Shown piece by piece: positions 19,197 to 29,829 of a stretch of 64,000 nt of DNA. The stretch is from Acidimicrobiia bacterium (GTDB lineage: Bacteria; Actinomycetota; Acidimicrobiia; Acidimicrobiales; Bin134): positions 18,486 to 82,485 of the forward strand of contig JAJDUJ010000012.1 of the NCBI GenBank assembly GCA_022826705.1. The letters run 5' to 3'. The notes below the pieces were generated by a model that searched no databases, was not told where the DNA came from, and saw nothing but the letters and a program-made list of their open reading frames with translations. A program made the translations under genes and the position numbers. How positions within the stretch are numbered: position 1 is the stretch's first letter; each line of letters starts with the position of its first letter.

Positions 19197-20642
19197 TTGG
19201 CGAAGGTGCTTTTTCCCACTTTCAGCTTTGCTGCGTTCTTTGCTGTGGTGCTGCCTGTGGCATGGGCACTGCGGCGGTGGCCGGTGCCGTGGAAGCTGTT
19301 TCTGCTGGGGGCCTCATACTGGTTCTACGCCGCTTGGGACGCTCGCTTCGTACTGCTGCTGGTGGGCATGACCTTGGGAAATGCGATTGCTGCCGCAATC
19401 AACGTGCGCGCCAACAGCGAACGGGTTCGTAAGCTTGCGGTGGCCAGCGGGGTGACGCTTTCGCTCGGGGTTCTGGCCTTTTTCAAGTACTACGACTTCT
19501 TCACCGACAGCCTTGACCGCAACCTGGGAATCTCCAGTCCCGCTCTCGACATCGTGCTGCCGGTGGGGGTGTCGTTCTTCACCTTCCAGGCCATCAGCTA
19601 TGTGGTTGATGTTCACCGGGGCCGCACCGAGGAGGCAATGCTGCTCGACTTCGCGGTCTACTTGTCGTTCTTCCCCCAGCTGGTGGCCGGCCCGATCGTG
19701 CGGGCCACCGAGTTCATGCCCCAGCTGCGCTCCGAAGCCCGCCCTGACCGGGCAGAGGTGGCCCACGCCGTGAGGCTCATCGGACGGGGCATGTTCAAGA
19801 AGGTGGTCATCGCCGACTTCCTGGCCCGAGCAGTGGTGAAAGACGCCTTTGAATCTCCCGGCGAGCACGGCGCCCTGGACATTCTCGCCGGGATCTACGG
19901 CTATGCCGTGCAGATCTACGCCGACTTCTCCGGCTACACCGACATGGCCATCGGCATCGCCTTGCTGATGGGGTTCCGCTTCCCCCAGAACTTTGATGCC
20001 CCCTACGTGTCCGACTCCATTCAGGACTTCTGGCGACGATGGCACATGACCCTGTCTCGCTGGCTGCGGGATTACCTCTACATTCCTCTGGGGGGCAATC
20101 GCCGGGGGCGCCTCGCCACTTACCGGAACCTGCTCATCACCATGGCCCTGGGGGGCCTGTGGCACGGCGCGGCCGGAGTGTTCATCGTCTGGGGCGTCTA
20201 CCACGGGGCGGGCTTGGCGGTGGAGCGATGGCGGAGCGGAACCGGCCATGGCCCAAAACCGCGGGAACTAGCTCTGTTGGGCTGGCGCTGGACCCCGTCG
20301 GACACCACCCGGCTGTGGGTGCGGCGGTTCTGGGTCTTCCATTTCGTGTGCCTGGGCTGGGTACTGTTCAACAGCGAGACGCTGGGCCGCGCCGGCGACG
20401 TGCTTTTACGGCTGTTCACCGGGTGGGGCACCGGCCCTGAACTGTTGAACCCACTGGTGGCCCTGGCCATCGTGGCTGCCCTCGCCGCTCAGTTCTTCCC
20501 CCGGTCTTGGACCGAGAAGGGATTGGAGGCACTGGAGAGAACTCCGCTCGGCTTGACCGCGGTGGGTTTCTCGATGTGGACCATGGTGGTTGTCGCCCTC
20601 GGCCCCGAAGGGGTGGCCGACTACATCTACTTCCAGTTCTGA
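19197..20642 (+). CDS. MBOAT family O-acyltransferase (AlgI/PatA-like)
   Basis: LPVGVSFFTFQ, FFPQLVAGPI, DFSGYTDMA, FWRRWHMTLSRWLRDYLYIPLGG, GLWHG. Confidence 0.95.
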   Translation: MAKVLFPTFSFAAFFAVVLPVAWALRRWPVPWKLFLLGASYWFYAAWDARFVLLLVGMTLGNAIAAAINVRANSERVRKLAVASGVTLSLGVLAFFKYYDFFTDSLDRNLGISSPALDIVLPVGVSFFTFQAISYVVDVHRGRTEEAMLLDFAVYLSFFPQLVAGPIVRATEFMPQLRSEARPDRAEVAHAVRLIGRGMFKKVVIADFLARAVVKDAFESPGEHGALDILAGIYGYAVQIYADFSGYTDMAIGIALLMGFRFPQNFDAPYVSDSIQDFWRRWHMTLSRWLRDYLYIPLGGNRRGRLATYRNLLITMALGGLWHGAAGVFIVWGVYHGAGLAVERWRSGTGHGPKPRELALLGWRWTPSDTTRLWVRRFWVFHFVCLGWVLFNSETLGRAGDVLLRLFTGWGTGPELLNPLVALAIVAALAAQFFPRSWTEKGLEALERTPLGLTAVGFSMWTMVVVALGPEGVADYIYFQF

Positions 20643-20643
20643 C

Positions 20644-22038
20644 ATGAATACTCCCCGCTCCGACATCGCTGCTACCAGCACTGACATGGGTGGCCCCGGA
20701 CTTGGACGCGGCACCTCCAGCGTGACGAGGATGACAGCAGGAGTTGTGGGCTGCCTGCTGCTGGCGGTGTTCTTGGTGAGCGGCAAGCTGGTGGAGATCG
20801 CCGAGCGCCAGCCGCTGGGCGATAGCCGGGACCGGTGGCTAGACGTAGCCGAAGGAGTCGACCGGGTGGCCAACTTCTTGGCGTTGAACCGGCCCTATGA
20901 CCTCATCACCGACATCCGTGGAGTGGGCACCGACGCTGGCGAAAAGGTGGACAGCATCCAAGCGGTGGCCGACAACTTGGCTCGGGAGCGGAGGTCGTCG
21001 TCGGTTGCGGCGCCGACGGCAACCCTTGCGCCTCCGACAGCCACTTCTACGGTTCCCGCGGCTACCAGCGCCCCGGCACAAACGGAATTGCCGACGCAGA
21101 ACGACCAGCCCTCGATTCCCGAAGCAGACAAAGACGCCAGCCCTTCGGACCAGTCCGGGACACCGGCTCTAGCTGGAGGTCCCGCTCCGGACGGGGACCC
21201 GACTCCGGTTGTCAGCTCAGACCCAGACGGGAGCCCGACGCCCACGAGTGGCGACATCCCGAACGGAGAGTCCGAGCTGACCGGAGCATCCCCCGATCTT
21301 CAGCTCGGCTTCGACGATGCGGGTGAGCCCCTGCCACCTCTTCCCCCTGCCAACCCCGAGCTGCTGCTGTCTCCAAAGATCCGCGCCGTCACCCCTGAAG
21401 ATCCATTGCGGGTATACGTGGCTGGCGATAGCCAGGCCTTCTACCCCGGTCACGCATTGGCCGGGGCAGTTGACGGCGGGATGCTCGATGTGACTGTGGA
21501 CTCGCGCAACGGCACCGGACTGGCCCGGCCTGATTTCTTCAACTGGCCAGCCGAGTTCCTCGAAATCGTGGCCGAACACGACCCCGAGCTGGTTGTGCTG
21601 ATCATGGGAGGAAACGACTGGCAGGCCATGCAGTCAGCCGATGGAGTGGTGCTGAACCCAGGGTCCGACGCATGGCGGTCTGAGTGGACCTGGCGCATGC
21701 ACATCACTTTCGACACCCTTGTTGCCTCCCACCGTCATGTGGTGTGGGTTGGCCTGCCCCCGGCCCGGACCGAGCCGTTCAGCATCGGAAATCCACTGAT
21801 CAACGAGATCTCATGGCCGGTGACCCTGGTCCGCCCCAGTGTGACCATGGTGGATGTCTGGGACCTGTTCGGCGGCGACGGCCCCTATCAGGAGAGCCTC
21901 CCTCCGCCATGGGGAGGCGACCCGGTTCGGGTGCGACAAGAAGACGGAGTCCATTTCAATCGCACGGGGTCGGCCTGGGTAGCAGAGAAGGTCGTGGAGG
22001 TGGCCCGGGAGAGGTGGGACTTCGAAGAGAGCGGGTGA
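20644..22038 (+). CDS. SGNH/GDSL (DUF459-like) membrane-anchored protein, probable O-acetyltransferase partner; start uncertain
   Basis: GDS, GTGLARP, GGND, DGVH blocks; N-terminal TM and Pro/Thr/Asp linker. Confidence 0.8.
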   Translation: MNTPRSDIAATSTDMGGPGLGRGTSSVTRMTAGVVGCLLLAVFLVSGKLVEIAERQPLGDSRDRWLDVAEGVDRVANFLALNRPYDLITDIRGVGTDAGEKVDSIQAVADNLARERRSSSVAAPTATLAPPTATSTVPAATSAPAQTELPTQNDQPSIPEADKDASPSDQSGTPALAGGPAPDGDPTPVVSSDPDGSPTPTSGDIPNGESELTGASPDLQLGFDDAGEPLPPLPPANPELLLSPKIRAVTPEDPLRVYVAGDSQAFYPGHALAGAVDGGMLDVTVDSRNGTGLARPDFFNWPAEFLEIVAEHDPELVVLIMGGNDWQAMQSADGVVLNPGSDAWRSEWTWRMHITFDTLVASHRHVVWVGLPPARTEPFSIGNPLINEISWPVTLVRPSVTMVDVWDLFGGDGPYQESLPPPWGGDPVRVRQEDGVHFNRTGSAWVAEKVVEVARERWDFEESG

Positions 22039-22100
22039 CGAGAATCGAACTCGCGTCATCAGCTTGGAAGGCTGGGGTTCTACCACTGAACTACACCCGC
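22030..22100 (-). tRNA. tRNA-Gly(TCC), CCA not encoded
   Basis: GCGGGTGTAGTTCAGTGGTAGAAC...CT-TCC-AA...GTTCGATTC...CACCCGCT cloverleaf. Confidence 0.96.
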
Positions 22101-22186
22101 AGGGCTGGTCGTTCATGATATCTACCCGTTCTGGCAACCGGCTACGACACGAGGAATTGGGGGGTCGCCGGTAAACTGCCACTCCT

Positions 22187-23554
22187 GTGAGGAGCACAGT
22201 CGAGGTCTTGGACGACAACCGGGTCAAGGTGTCGGTGGACATCGATGCCGAGGAATTCGAGCAGAAGCTAGACGAGGCCTTCCGCAAACTCGCCCGCCAA
22301 GTGCGCCTGCCCGGGTTCCGCCCCGGCAAAGCCCCCCGCCGGGTGTTGGAGGCCCGGCTGGGCCCTCAGGCGGCTCGAGGAGAGGCCCTCAGCGACGCCG
22401 TTCCCGAGTATTACGCCCAGGCGGTGAACGACCACGACGTAGACGTGATCTCCCCGCCGGAGATCGACATCACTGGCGGGGCCGAGGAGGGGCCGGTCAG
22501 CTTCGACGCCGTGGTGGAGGTTCGCCCCCTGATCACCATCACCGGATACGACCAGCTCAAAGCCGAGGTGCCCAGCCCGGTACCCACCGACGAGGAAATC
22601 GACCAGCAGGTGGACCAGCTCCGCAAGCAGTTCGGGGAGCTGGGCCCGGTCACCCGCCCGGCAATCGACGGCGACACCGTGACCATGGACATCTACGGGA
22701 CCTACAACGGCGAGGAAGTCGAGGGCCTCACCGTGGACGACTACGCCTACGAAGTGGGCCAAGGCGCCGTGGTGCCGGAGATCGACGAAGAGCTCCGAGG
22801 TTCTAAAGCGGGCGAAATCTTGGAGTTCAACGCCCAGCATCCCGATCCCGACGAAGACGGGCTGTTGAGGTTCCGCATCCTGGTCAAAGAGGTGCAGGAG
22901 ACGGTTCTGCCCGACTTCGACGACGAATTCGCCCAGGAGGCCTCGGAGTTCGACACCGCTGAAGAACTGCGGACCGACATCAGCGACAACATCGCCCGGG
23001 CCAAGCGGGCCAACGCCTTGGCTTCCTTGGGCACCCAGGTGGGAGAACAGCTCGCCGAACTGGTGACCGACGACATCCCCGACGCACTAGTGGACTCAGA
23101 AGTCCAGCATCGCCTGCGGACCCTCCAAATGCGTCTGGGCAGCCAGGGAATCGAGATGGACGCCTATTTGGAGGCCATTGGCCAGACCGCCGAGGAGATG
23201 GCCGAAGCGCTGCGCGAACCCGCCCTTCAGGAGGCAAAAACCGATCTGGCTCTGCGGGCGGTGGCCGCCGCGGAGTCCATCGAAGCCACCGATGAGGACG
23301 TGGATTTCGAGCTGGCCATGCTGGCTGCGCAAGTGGGCCAGACCGTGGACGAGCTCAAGTCATCGGTATTTGCTGCCGATGAAAGCAGTCTCAAGGGGGT
23401 ACGATTGGACGCAAAGATGCGCAAGACCCGGGAATGGGTGTTGGAGCGGGTTGAGATAAAAGATCCCGACGGAAACCCCATTCAGCGGTCTAGCCTGAAC
23501 CCCGACAACGAGTCTGACCTTCCCCCCAACACCGTCGAGAGCCAAACCACATGA
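22187..23554 (+). CDS. tig: Trigger factor
   Basis: PGFRPGKAP ribosome-binding motif; upstream of clpP/clpX. Confidence 0.96.
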   Translation: MRSTVEVLDDNRVKVSVDIDAEEFEQKLDEAFRKLARQVRLPGFRPGKAPRRVLEARLGPQAARGEALSDAVPEYYAQAVNDHDVDVISPPEIDITGGAEEGPVSFDAVVEVRPLITITGYDQLKAEVPSPVPTDEEIDQQVDQLRKQFGELGPVTRPAIDGDTVTMDIYGTYNGEEVEGLTVDDYAYEVGQGAVVPEIDEELRGSKAGEILEFNAQHPDPDEDGLLRFRILVKEVQETVLPDFDDEFAQEASEFDTAEELRTDISDNIARAKRANALASLGTQVGEQLAELVTDDIPDALVDSEVQHRLRTLQMRLGSQGIEMDAYLEAIGQTAEEMAEALREPALQEAKTDLALRAVAAAESIEATDEDVDFELAMLAAQVGQTVDELKSSVFAADESSLKGVRLDAKMRKTREWVLERVEIKDPDGNPIQRSSLNPDNESDLPPNTVESQTT

Positions 23555-24183
23555 ACCCTCAGAACTACATGGTGCCAGTCGTGGTCGAGCAGACCAACCG
23601 GGGTGAGCGCTCGTTCGACCTCTACTCCCGCCTGCTCAAGGAGAACATCATCTTCTTGGGCACTCCGATCGACGACACGGTGGCCAACCTCATCTGCGCC
23701 CAGCTTCTGCACTTGGAGTCGGAGAACCCCGACAAAGACATCAACCTCTACATCAACAGTCCGGGCGGCGACATCAACGCCATGTTCGCCATCTACGACA
23801 CCATGCAGTACCTGAAGCCCGACATCACCACTATCTGCTTCGGGCAAGCGGCCTCGGCAGCCGCGGTGCTCTTGGCCGCGGGCGCCCCCGGCAAGCGCCT
23901 GGCGCTGCCCCACTCCCGGATGCTGATCCACCAGCCCTACGCCGGGGCGTCCGGGCAGGTTTCCGATATCGAGATCGCCTCGCGGGAGATCCAGCGGCTC
24001 AAAGACCAGCTAGAGCAACTCCTGGCCCGCCATACCGGCCAGGATCTCGAGAAGGTCAAGCAGGACACCGACCGCGACTACGTGATGACGGCCGAGGACG
24101 CCAAGGAGTACGGGCTCATCGACGAGGTCATCTCGTCGCGTGACGCCGTCGAGACCGCCGGCCCCATAACGGCCATCCGGTAG
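23551..24183 (+). CDS. clpP: ATP-dependent Clp protease proteolytic subunit
   Basis: [28 protein letters not shown]. Confidence 0.97.
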   Translation: MNPQNYMVPVVVEQTNRGERSFDLYSRLLKENIIFLGTPIDDTVANLICAQLLHLESENPDKDINLYINSPGGDINAMFAIYDTMQYLKPDITTICFGQAASAAAVLLAAGAPGKRLALPHSRMLIHQPYAGASGQVSDIEIASREIQRLKDQLEQLLARHTGQDLEKVKQDTDRDYVMTAEDAKEYGLIDEVISSRDAVETAGPITAIR

Positions 24184-24196
24184 GGGGACAGGAACC

Positions 24197-25468
24197 GTGG
24201 CTAAGTTCGGAGAGGGCGGCGAACTCTTGAAGTGCAGCTTCTGCGGTAAGACCCAGAAGCAGGTCAAGAAGATGATTGCCGGCCCCGGCGTCTACATATG
24301 CGACGAGTGCATCGACCTCTGCAACGAGATCATCGAGGAGGAGTTGGCCGAAGGCACCGACGTCGGATTCAAGGAGTTGCCCAAACCCCAGGAGATCTAC
24401 TCCTTCTTGAACGACTACATCATCGGCCAAGAGCACGCCAAGCGGATCTTGTCGGTGGCGGTGTACAACCACTACAAGCGGGTCCAGATGGGTTCTTCCG
24501 ACCCGGAGGTGGAGCTGTCCAAGTCGAACATCTTGCTGCTCGGACCCACGGGATGCGGCAAGACGCTGATGGCTCAGACCCTGGCCCGGATGCTGAACGT
24601 GCCGTTCGCCATCGCGGATGCCACCGCGCTGACCGAAGCCGGGTATGTGGGCGAGGACGTGGAGAACATCCTGCTCAAGCTGATCCAGGCTGCGGACTAC
24701 GACGTCAAGAAGGCGGAGACCGGCATCATCTACATCGATGAGATCGACAAAATCTCCCGCAAGAGCGAGAACCCGTCGATCACCCGGGACGTCTCCGGAG
24801 AGGGCGTCCAGCAGGCCTTGTTGAAAATCCTGGAGGGCACCACCGCATCGGTGCCGCCCCAGGGTGGGCGCAAGCATCCCCATCAGGAGTTCATCCAGAT
24901 CGACACCACCAACGTGCTGTTCATCGTCGGCGGCGCATTCGCCGGATTGGAACAGATCATCGAAAACCGGGTGGGAAATGTCGGCGTCGGCTTCGGGGCC
25001 GAGATCCGCTCTGATGCGGAGCGCGACCACGGCCAGCTCTTCAACCAAGTCCAGCCCGAGGATCTGATCAAGTTCGGCCTCATACCCGAGTTCATCGGCC
25101 GCCTGCCGGTGGTCGGGGTGGTCTCGCATCTGGAGCGGGACATGCTGGTGCGAATCCTGGTAGAGCCCAAGAACGCCCTGGTAAAGCAGTATTGCAAGTT
25201 CTTCGAGTTCGAGAACGTAGAGCTGGTGATCAGCGACGATGCGCTGGCCGAGGTGGCCGAGTTGGCCCTCAGCCGCAATACCGGGGCCCGGGGGCTGCGG
25301 GCGATCTTGGAAGAGGTGCTGCTCGACGTGATGTACGAGCTGCCCAGCCGCGACGACGTGGTTCAGTGTGTGGTCAGCGCGGCAACCGTCCGCGGCGAGG
25401 AAACCCCCCAGCTGCTCAATGCGGCCAAGGCCCGTTCAACCGACCGGTCCCGGCGCCAAGCTAGCTGA
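24197..25468 (+). CDS. clpX: Clp protease ATP-binding subunit ClpX
   Basis: CSFCGK zinc finger, [23 protein letters not shown]. Confidence 0.98.
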   Translation: MAKFGEGGELLKCSFCGKTQKQVKKMIAGPGVYICDECIDLCNEIIEEELAEGTDVGFKELPKPQEIYSFLNDYIIGQEHAKRILSVAVYNHYKRVQMGSSDPEVELSKSNILLLGPTGCGKTLMAQTLARMLNVPFAIADATALTEAGYVGEDVENILLKLIQAADYDVKKAETGIIYIDEIDKISRKSENPSITRDVSGEGVQQALLKILEGTTASVPPQGGRKHPHQEFIQIDTTNVLFIVGGAFAGLEQIIENRVGNVGVGFGAEIRSDAERDHGQLFNQVQPEDLIKFGLIPEFIGRLPVVGVVSHLERDMLVRILVEPKNALVKQYCKFFEFENVELVISDDALAEVAELALSRNTGARGLRAILEEVLLDVMYELPSRDDVVQCVVSAATVRGEETPQLLNAAKARSTDRSRRQAS

Positions 25469-26768
25469 CCTCCAGGCGTGGCTGGACAGCCACGTCAATC
25501 TGGAAGCTACGGCTGGCGATACCGACGGCCTGTCGCTGGACCCGATGCGCCAACTGCTCGAGGCGCTGGGTGACCCCCAAGCCGACTACCCGGCAGTCCA
25601 CATAACCGGTACCAACGGGAAGGGCTCGGTGGCCGCGCTCATCGCCGCGCTGGCCGGGGCGTGGGGGATGACCGTCGGGACTTACACCAGCCCCCATGTC
25701 GAGCGCATCAATGAGCGCATGGCCGTGGGCGGCGACCCCATCGGCGATTCCGAGTTGGCCGATCTCCTCGGGCACTTGCGGCTGGTGGAGAACCATCTGG
25801 CGGCAGAGTCAGCGGGCGCAGCCCCCTCGTGGTTTGAGCTGGTCACCTCGGCGGCCCTGCGCTGGTTCGCCGACGTGGCCGTGGACTTGGCGGTGGTGGA
25901 GGTGGGGAAGCTGGGCCGCTACGACGCCACCAATGTGGTGAACAGTGAGGTGGCGGTGATCACCAACATCGGCCGCGACCACACCGACGGCCGCCCTGGC
26001 TGGGAGCGGGAGGTGATGGGAGAGAAGGCAGGCATCATCCTTCCTGGCGCCACCGCGGTGCTGGGGCCCATGGCCCCCGAGCTGGTGGCTATTGCCGCCC
26101 AGGAGAACCCCGGAGAATTGCTGGCAGCCGGCCAGCACTTCGAGTTGCTGGAGAATCAGCCGGCGGTGGGCGGGCGATTGGTCTCGGTGCGCACCCCCCA
26201 TAGCCGCTACGAGCAGGTTTACGTCAGTCTGTTCGGTGCCCACCAAGGGCAGAACTCGGCGCTGGCTATCGCCGGGTTCGAAGCCCTCGTAGGTCAGGCG
26301 CTGGATGAGCCGCTCCTGGACGCCTTGGGCGATGTGAGGGTGCCAGCCCGGTTCGAGGTGGTGGCCCGCCAGCCCTTGGTGGTGATCGACGGGGCCCACA
26401 ATCCCGACGGTTTGGCGGCGGCGGCGGACACGCTGGCCGACCAGTTCACGGTGTTGGGCGCAGTCACCTGGGTGGTGGGCATGATGAGCGACAAGGACCC
26501 CGACGCCATGCTGGCCGCCATTGACGGCTCCGGTGCCCGCTGCGATCTGGTGGTGTGCTGCGCTCCTGATTGGCCGAGGGCCCTGCCCGCTGCCGATCTG
26601 GCCGCCGCGGCCCGAAATCGGGGGATCGAAGCCGAGGTGGCCGGCACTGTGAGCGAGGCGGTGGACCGGGCGCTGGCCCTGTCCACCGAGGAAGACGCGG
26701 TGGTAGTCACCGGCTCCCTCTACACCGCAGGTGCGGCCCGCCTTCACATGGCATCACAAGATCAGTAG
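25419..26768 (+). CDS. folC: Folylpolyglutamate/dihydrofolate synthase; start uncertain, overlaps clpX end
   Basis: [37 protein letters not shown]. Confidence 0.93.
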   Translation: MRPRPVQPTGPGAKLADLQAWLDSHVNLEATAGDTDGLSLDPMRQLLEALGDPQADYPAVHITGTNGKGSVAALIAALAGAWGMTVGTYTSPHVERINERMAVGGDPIGDSELADLLGHLRLVENHLAAESAGAAPSWFELVTSAALRWFADVAVDLAVVEVGKLGRYDATNVVNSEVAVITNIGRDHTDGRPGWEREVMGEKAGIILPGATAVLGPMAPELVAIAAQENPGELLAAGQHFELLENQPAVGGRLVSVRTPHSRYEQVYVSLFGAHQGQNSALAIAGFEALVGQALDEPLLDALGDVRVPARFEVVARQPLVVIDGAHNPDGLAAAADTLADQFTVLGAVTWVVGMMSDKDPDAMLAAIDGSGARCDLVVCCAPDWPRALPAADLAAAARNRGIEAEVAGTVSEAVDRALALSTEEDAVVVTGSLYTAGAARLHMASQDQ

Positions 26769-26832
26769 GGTTCGGGGTCATTAGGGTTCTGGCGGTGTTG
26801 AATGGCGGGTTGAGATCGGTAGGGTTCTGGCG

Positions 26833-27240
26833 GTGAATCGGACGCTGGTCTTGTGCAAACCCGATGCGGTGGAGCGTGGTCTGGTGGGGGCCATCGTGTC
26901 CCGTTTCGAGGCCCGGGGGTTGCGGATCGCGGCCATGCGCATGGTCACTATCGACGCCGATCTGGCCGCCCGCCATTACGCCGAGCATGTGGACCGTCCG
27001 TTCTATCCCGACTTGGTGGCATTCATTGGCCGCTCACCGTCAGTGGCTCTGGTGGTCGAAGGGCCTGAGGACGTCTATGCCGTCGTCCGCTCTATGATGG
27101 GGGCCACCAACCCCCTGGAATCTCCCCCCGGCACCATCCGGGGCGACTATGGGCTTGAGGTCACCGAGAACCTGGTCCACGGCTCCGACAGCAATGCCTC
27201 GGCCGAGCGCGAGATCGGCATCTTCTTCCCCGAACTGTGA
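26833..27240 (+). CDS. ndk: Nucleoside diphosphate kinase
   Basis: KPDAV, PGTIRGD, NLVHGSD. Confidence 0.97.
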   Translation: MNRTLVLCKPDAVERGLVGAIVSRFEARGLRIAAMRMVTIDADLAARHYAEHVDRPFYPDLVAFIGRSPSVALVVEGPEDVYAVVRSMMGATNPLESPPGTIRGDYGLEVTENLVHGSDSNASAEREIGIFFPEL

Positions 27241-27256
27241 AACTCGTCCGCAACCT

Positions 27257-27341
27257 CGCTGGTGTGCGAATTCCTTCCCGACCTGCGACTCACGCCGGTG
27301 TGCGAATTGCTTCCCGGCCCGCGCCTGTGCCGGTGTGCGAA
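27257..27341 (+). repeat. Three degenerate direct repeats (35-36 bp period) between ndk and mreB
   Basis: ggtgtgcgaa at 27261, 27297, 27332. Confidence 0.8.
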
Positions 27342-27369
27342 CCGGGATCGGCTGTTCTAACCTTGCCCC

Positions 27370-28413
27370 ATGGTGAAACGGCGGTTCTCTTCCAGTAGCG
27401 GTCTGGTTGGCCGCGATGTCGCAATCGACCTGGGCACCGCCAACACGCTGGTGTATGTCCGCGGTGAGGGCATCCTGATCAACGAGCCCTCGGTCGTGGC
27501 GGTCACCAACGAGGGCGTGCCTCTGGCGGTGGGCTCTGAGGCCAAGCGGATGCTGGGGCGAACTCCGGCTCACATCCAGGCCATCCGCCCGCTCAAAGAC
27601 GGGGTTATCGCCAACTTCGACATTTGCGAGAAGATGCTGCGGTACTTCATACAAAGAGTGTCTCCGGGGAGGTTCATCCGACCCCGAATGGTGATCTGCG
27701 TTCCCTCTGGCATCACTCCCGTGGAGCAGCGGGCCGTGCAGGAGGCGGCGATCTCCGCCGGAGCGAAGAAGCCGGTCTACATCATCGAAGAGCCCATGGC
27801 CGCGGCCATCGGTGCCGGTCTGCCGGTTCAGGAGGCCTCGGGCAGCATGATCGTGGACATCGGCGGCGGTACCACCGAGGTGGCCATGATCTCGCTGGGC
27901 GGGGTGGTCACCGGTCAGTCGATCCGCATGGGCGGCGATCGGATGGACGAAGACATCATTGCCTACCTGAAGAAGGAGCACAGCCTCACTATCGGCAGCC
28001 GCACGGCCGAAGAAGTGAAGATGGTGTTGGGCACGGCGTGGGCGGGTAGCGACAACCGCTATGCCGAGGTCCGAGGCCAAGACATGATCACCGGCCTGCC
28101 CAAGACGGTGGTGACCTCCACTGCTGAGATCCGCGAGGCCATCTCCGAGGTGGTGCGCTCCATCGTCGATGCGGTCAAAGTGACTCTGGATGAGACTCCG
28201 CCCGAGTTGGCCGCCGACATCATGGAGGCGGGGATTGTTCTGGCCGGCGGCGGGGCCCTGCTGAACGGCCTGCCCCCCCGGATCGAGGAAGAGACGGGAA
28301 TGCCGGTCCGGTTGGCGCCCAACCCCCTCCACGCAGTTGCCATTGGCTCGGGCCAATCGCTGGAGGAGTTCGACGCGCTTGAGGGGCTCCTCTTCTCGTC
28401 GTCGTACGACTGA
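27370..28413 (+). CDS. mreB: Rod shape-determining protein MreB
   Basis: IDLGTANT, EPMAAAIGAG, DIGGGTTE, GGGALL. Confidence 0.97.
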   Translation: MVKRRFSSSSGLVGRDVAIDLGTANTLVYVRGEGILINEPSVVAVTNEGVPLAVGSEAKRMLGRTPAHIQAIRPLKDGVIANFDICEKMLRYFIQRVSPGRFIRPRMVICVPSGITPVEQRAVQEAAISAGAKKPVYIIEEPMAAAIGAGLPVQEASGSMIVDIGGGTTEVAMISLGGVVTGQSIRMGGDRMDEDIIAYLKKEHSLTIGSRTAEEVKMVLGTAWAGSDNRYAEVRGQDMITGLPKTVVTSTAEIREAISEVVRSIVDAVKVTLDETPPELAADIMEAGIVLAGGGALLNGLPPRIEEETGMPVRLAPNPLHAVAIGSGQSLEEFDALEGLLFSSSYD

Positions 28414-28430
28414 TCGCTCGGTTCGGCCCC

Positions 28431-29276
28431 GTGGCAACGGGCACCCGCACAGGGCGGTCGCGATTCACGCTCATCTTCCTGCTGCTCACCTCCGCGACGC
28501 TGCTCACCCTGGATGCCCGTGATTTCGAGCCTCTCCAGCGAACCGAGGAAACCCTCTCCGATCTGATCTCGCCGCTGCGGTCGGGCGCCGATCGGGTGTT
28601 CGAACCGGTGGGCGATGCCTGGGCCGGTGTAACCGGCTACGACGAGTTGGAATCCGAGAACGAGGCGCTGCGCCAAGAACTGCAAAAGCTGGAGGGCCAG
28701 CAGATCTTGGACTCCGACGCAGCCATCCGCCTGGAGTCGCTGCTCGATGTGCTGGGCTTGCCCTACGTGCAAGACATCCCCAACGTGGTGGGCGAGGTAG
28801 TCACCGCCAACGTGGGGAACTTCGACCGGTACTCGGTACAGATCAACCGCGGGGCTGAAGACGGGATCCGCAACGGGATGCCGGTGGTTACCAGGGGTGG
28901 TCTGATCGGGAGGATCGACGGCGATCCGGGCCGAGGGCATTCCCGGGTCACGCTGCTCACCGACCCCAGCTTCGAGGTGGGGGTATTGGTAGTGGGCACC
29001 GAAGATGTGGCCCTGGCCTCGGGGGGCGGTCACGGCGAGCCTCTAATGGTGACGAAGGGGCTGGAAATCGATACCGAGGTGGCTATTGGGGATGAGGTGG
29101 TCACCAGCGGCGTGGATCGCAGCCGCTATCCCCCGGGAATTCCCATAGGCACCGTTACCGATATCGACTTCGACGAAGCACGACTGCTCCAACTGCTAAC
29201 CGTGGAGCCCTCGGCCAACACCGACAGCCTGAGCTTCGTCACCGTGCTGCTCTACGACCCGCTGGAGGATGGCTGA
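28431..29276 (+). CDS. mreC: Rod shape-determining protein MreC
   Basis: N-terminal TM, coiled coil ELESENEALR, GDEVVTSG, YPPGIPIG. Confidence 0.92.
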   Translation: MATGTRTGRSRFTLIFLLLTSATLLTLDARDFEPLQRTEETLSDLISPLRSGADRVFEPVGDAWAGVTGYDELESENEALRQELQKLEGQQILDSDAAIRLESLLDVLGLPYVQDIPNVVGEVVTANVGNFDRYSVQINRGAEDGIRNGMPVVTRGGLIGRIDGDPGRGHSRVTLLTDPSFEVGVLVVGTEDVALASGGGHGEPLMVTKGLEIDTEVAIGDEVVTSGVDRSRYPPGIPIGTVTDIDFDEARLLQLLTVEPSANTDSLSFVTVLLYDPLEDG

Positions 29277-29354
29277 TGACCATGGCCGGCGCGTACGTTC
29301 GCAGCGGGTTGAGGGCCGGCTCATGACCACAGCCAGCGCATACGTTCGCAGCGG
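29271..29354 (+). repeat. 47-bp-period duplication of the mreD start region
   Basis: ggctgatgaccatggccggcgcgtacgttcgcagcgg vs ggctcatgaccacagccagcgcatacgttcgcagcgg. Confidence 0.85.
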
Positions 29355-29829
29355 ACTGTTCCTGTTGACCGCGCTGGTGCTCCATTTGGCGCTGTTCTCC
29401 GATCTCCGGGTGCTGGGGGTTGCTCCCGAAGTGCCTCTGGCCATAGCAGTCACCGCCGGACTGGTCGGCGGACCAGAGCGGGGAGCGATCGCCGGATTCG
29501 CCATCGGGTTGGGCATCGATCTCTATCTCCCCACGCTGTTCGGGCTGTCTGCGCTCATCTACACCGTCTGGGGCTACACAGTGGGCCTGTTGGAGGAGCG
29601 GATCTTCCGCAGCGCCTGGTGGATCAACGTTTTGGTCACTGCGGCGGCCACCGCGGGCGGGCTGTTGGTTTACGCCGTGCTCGGGGAGTTGTTGGGCGAG
29701 GTCAATCTGTACACCGACCGCCTCTACACGGTTATGGGCGTGGCTGCGGCCTACAACTTGGTGCTGAGCTTGCCATTGCTGGGTTTGTGGCACTGGTCGT
29801 GGCCCAGGCTGCTAGGTGAAGAGCGTTGA
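29323..29829 (+). CDS. mreD: Rod shape-determining protein MreD
   Basis: Polytopic; GAIAGFAIGLGIDL; lies between mreC and mrdA. Confidence 0.88.
   Translation: MTTASAYVRSGLFLLTALVLHLALFSDLRVLGVAPEVPLAIAVTAGLVGGPERGAIAGFAIGLGIDLYLPTLFGLSALIYTVWGYTVGLLEERIFRSAWWINVLVTAAATAGGLLVYAVLGELLGEVNLYTDRLYTVMGVAAAYNLVLSLPLLGLWHWSWPRLLGEER

Noticed and set aside
22030-22060. tRNA-Gly 3' end as att site of the left-hand island
   Set aside because: No second copy of the tRNA 3' end was noticed in the window and no integrase is present
27257-27341. Possible mini-CRISPR from regularly spaced repeats (also 32998-33108 and 12130-12239)
   Set aside because: Periods of 35-40 bp are too short, intervening parts resemble each other rather than being unique spacers, and no cas genes are present
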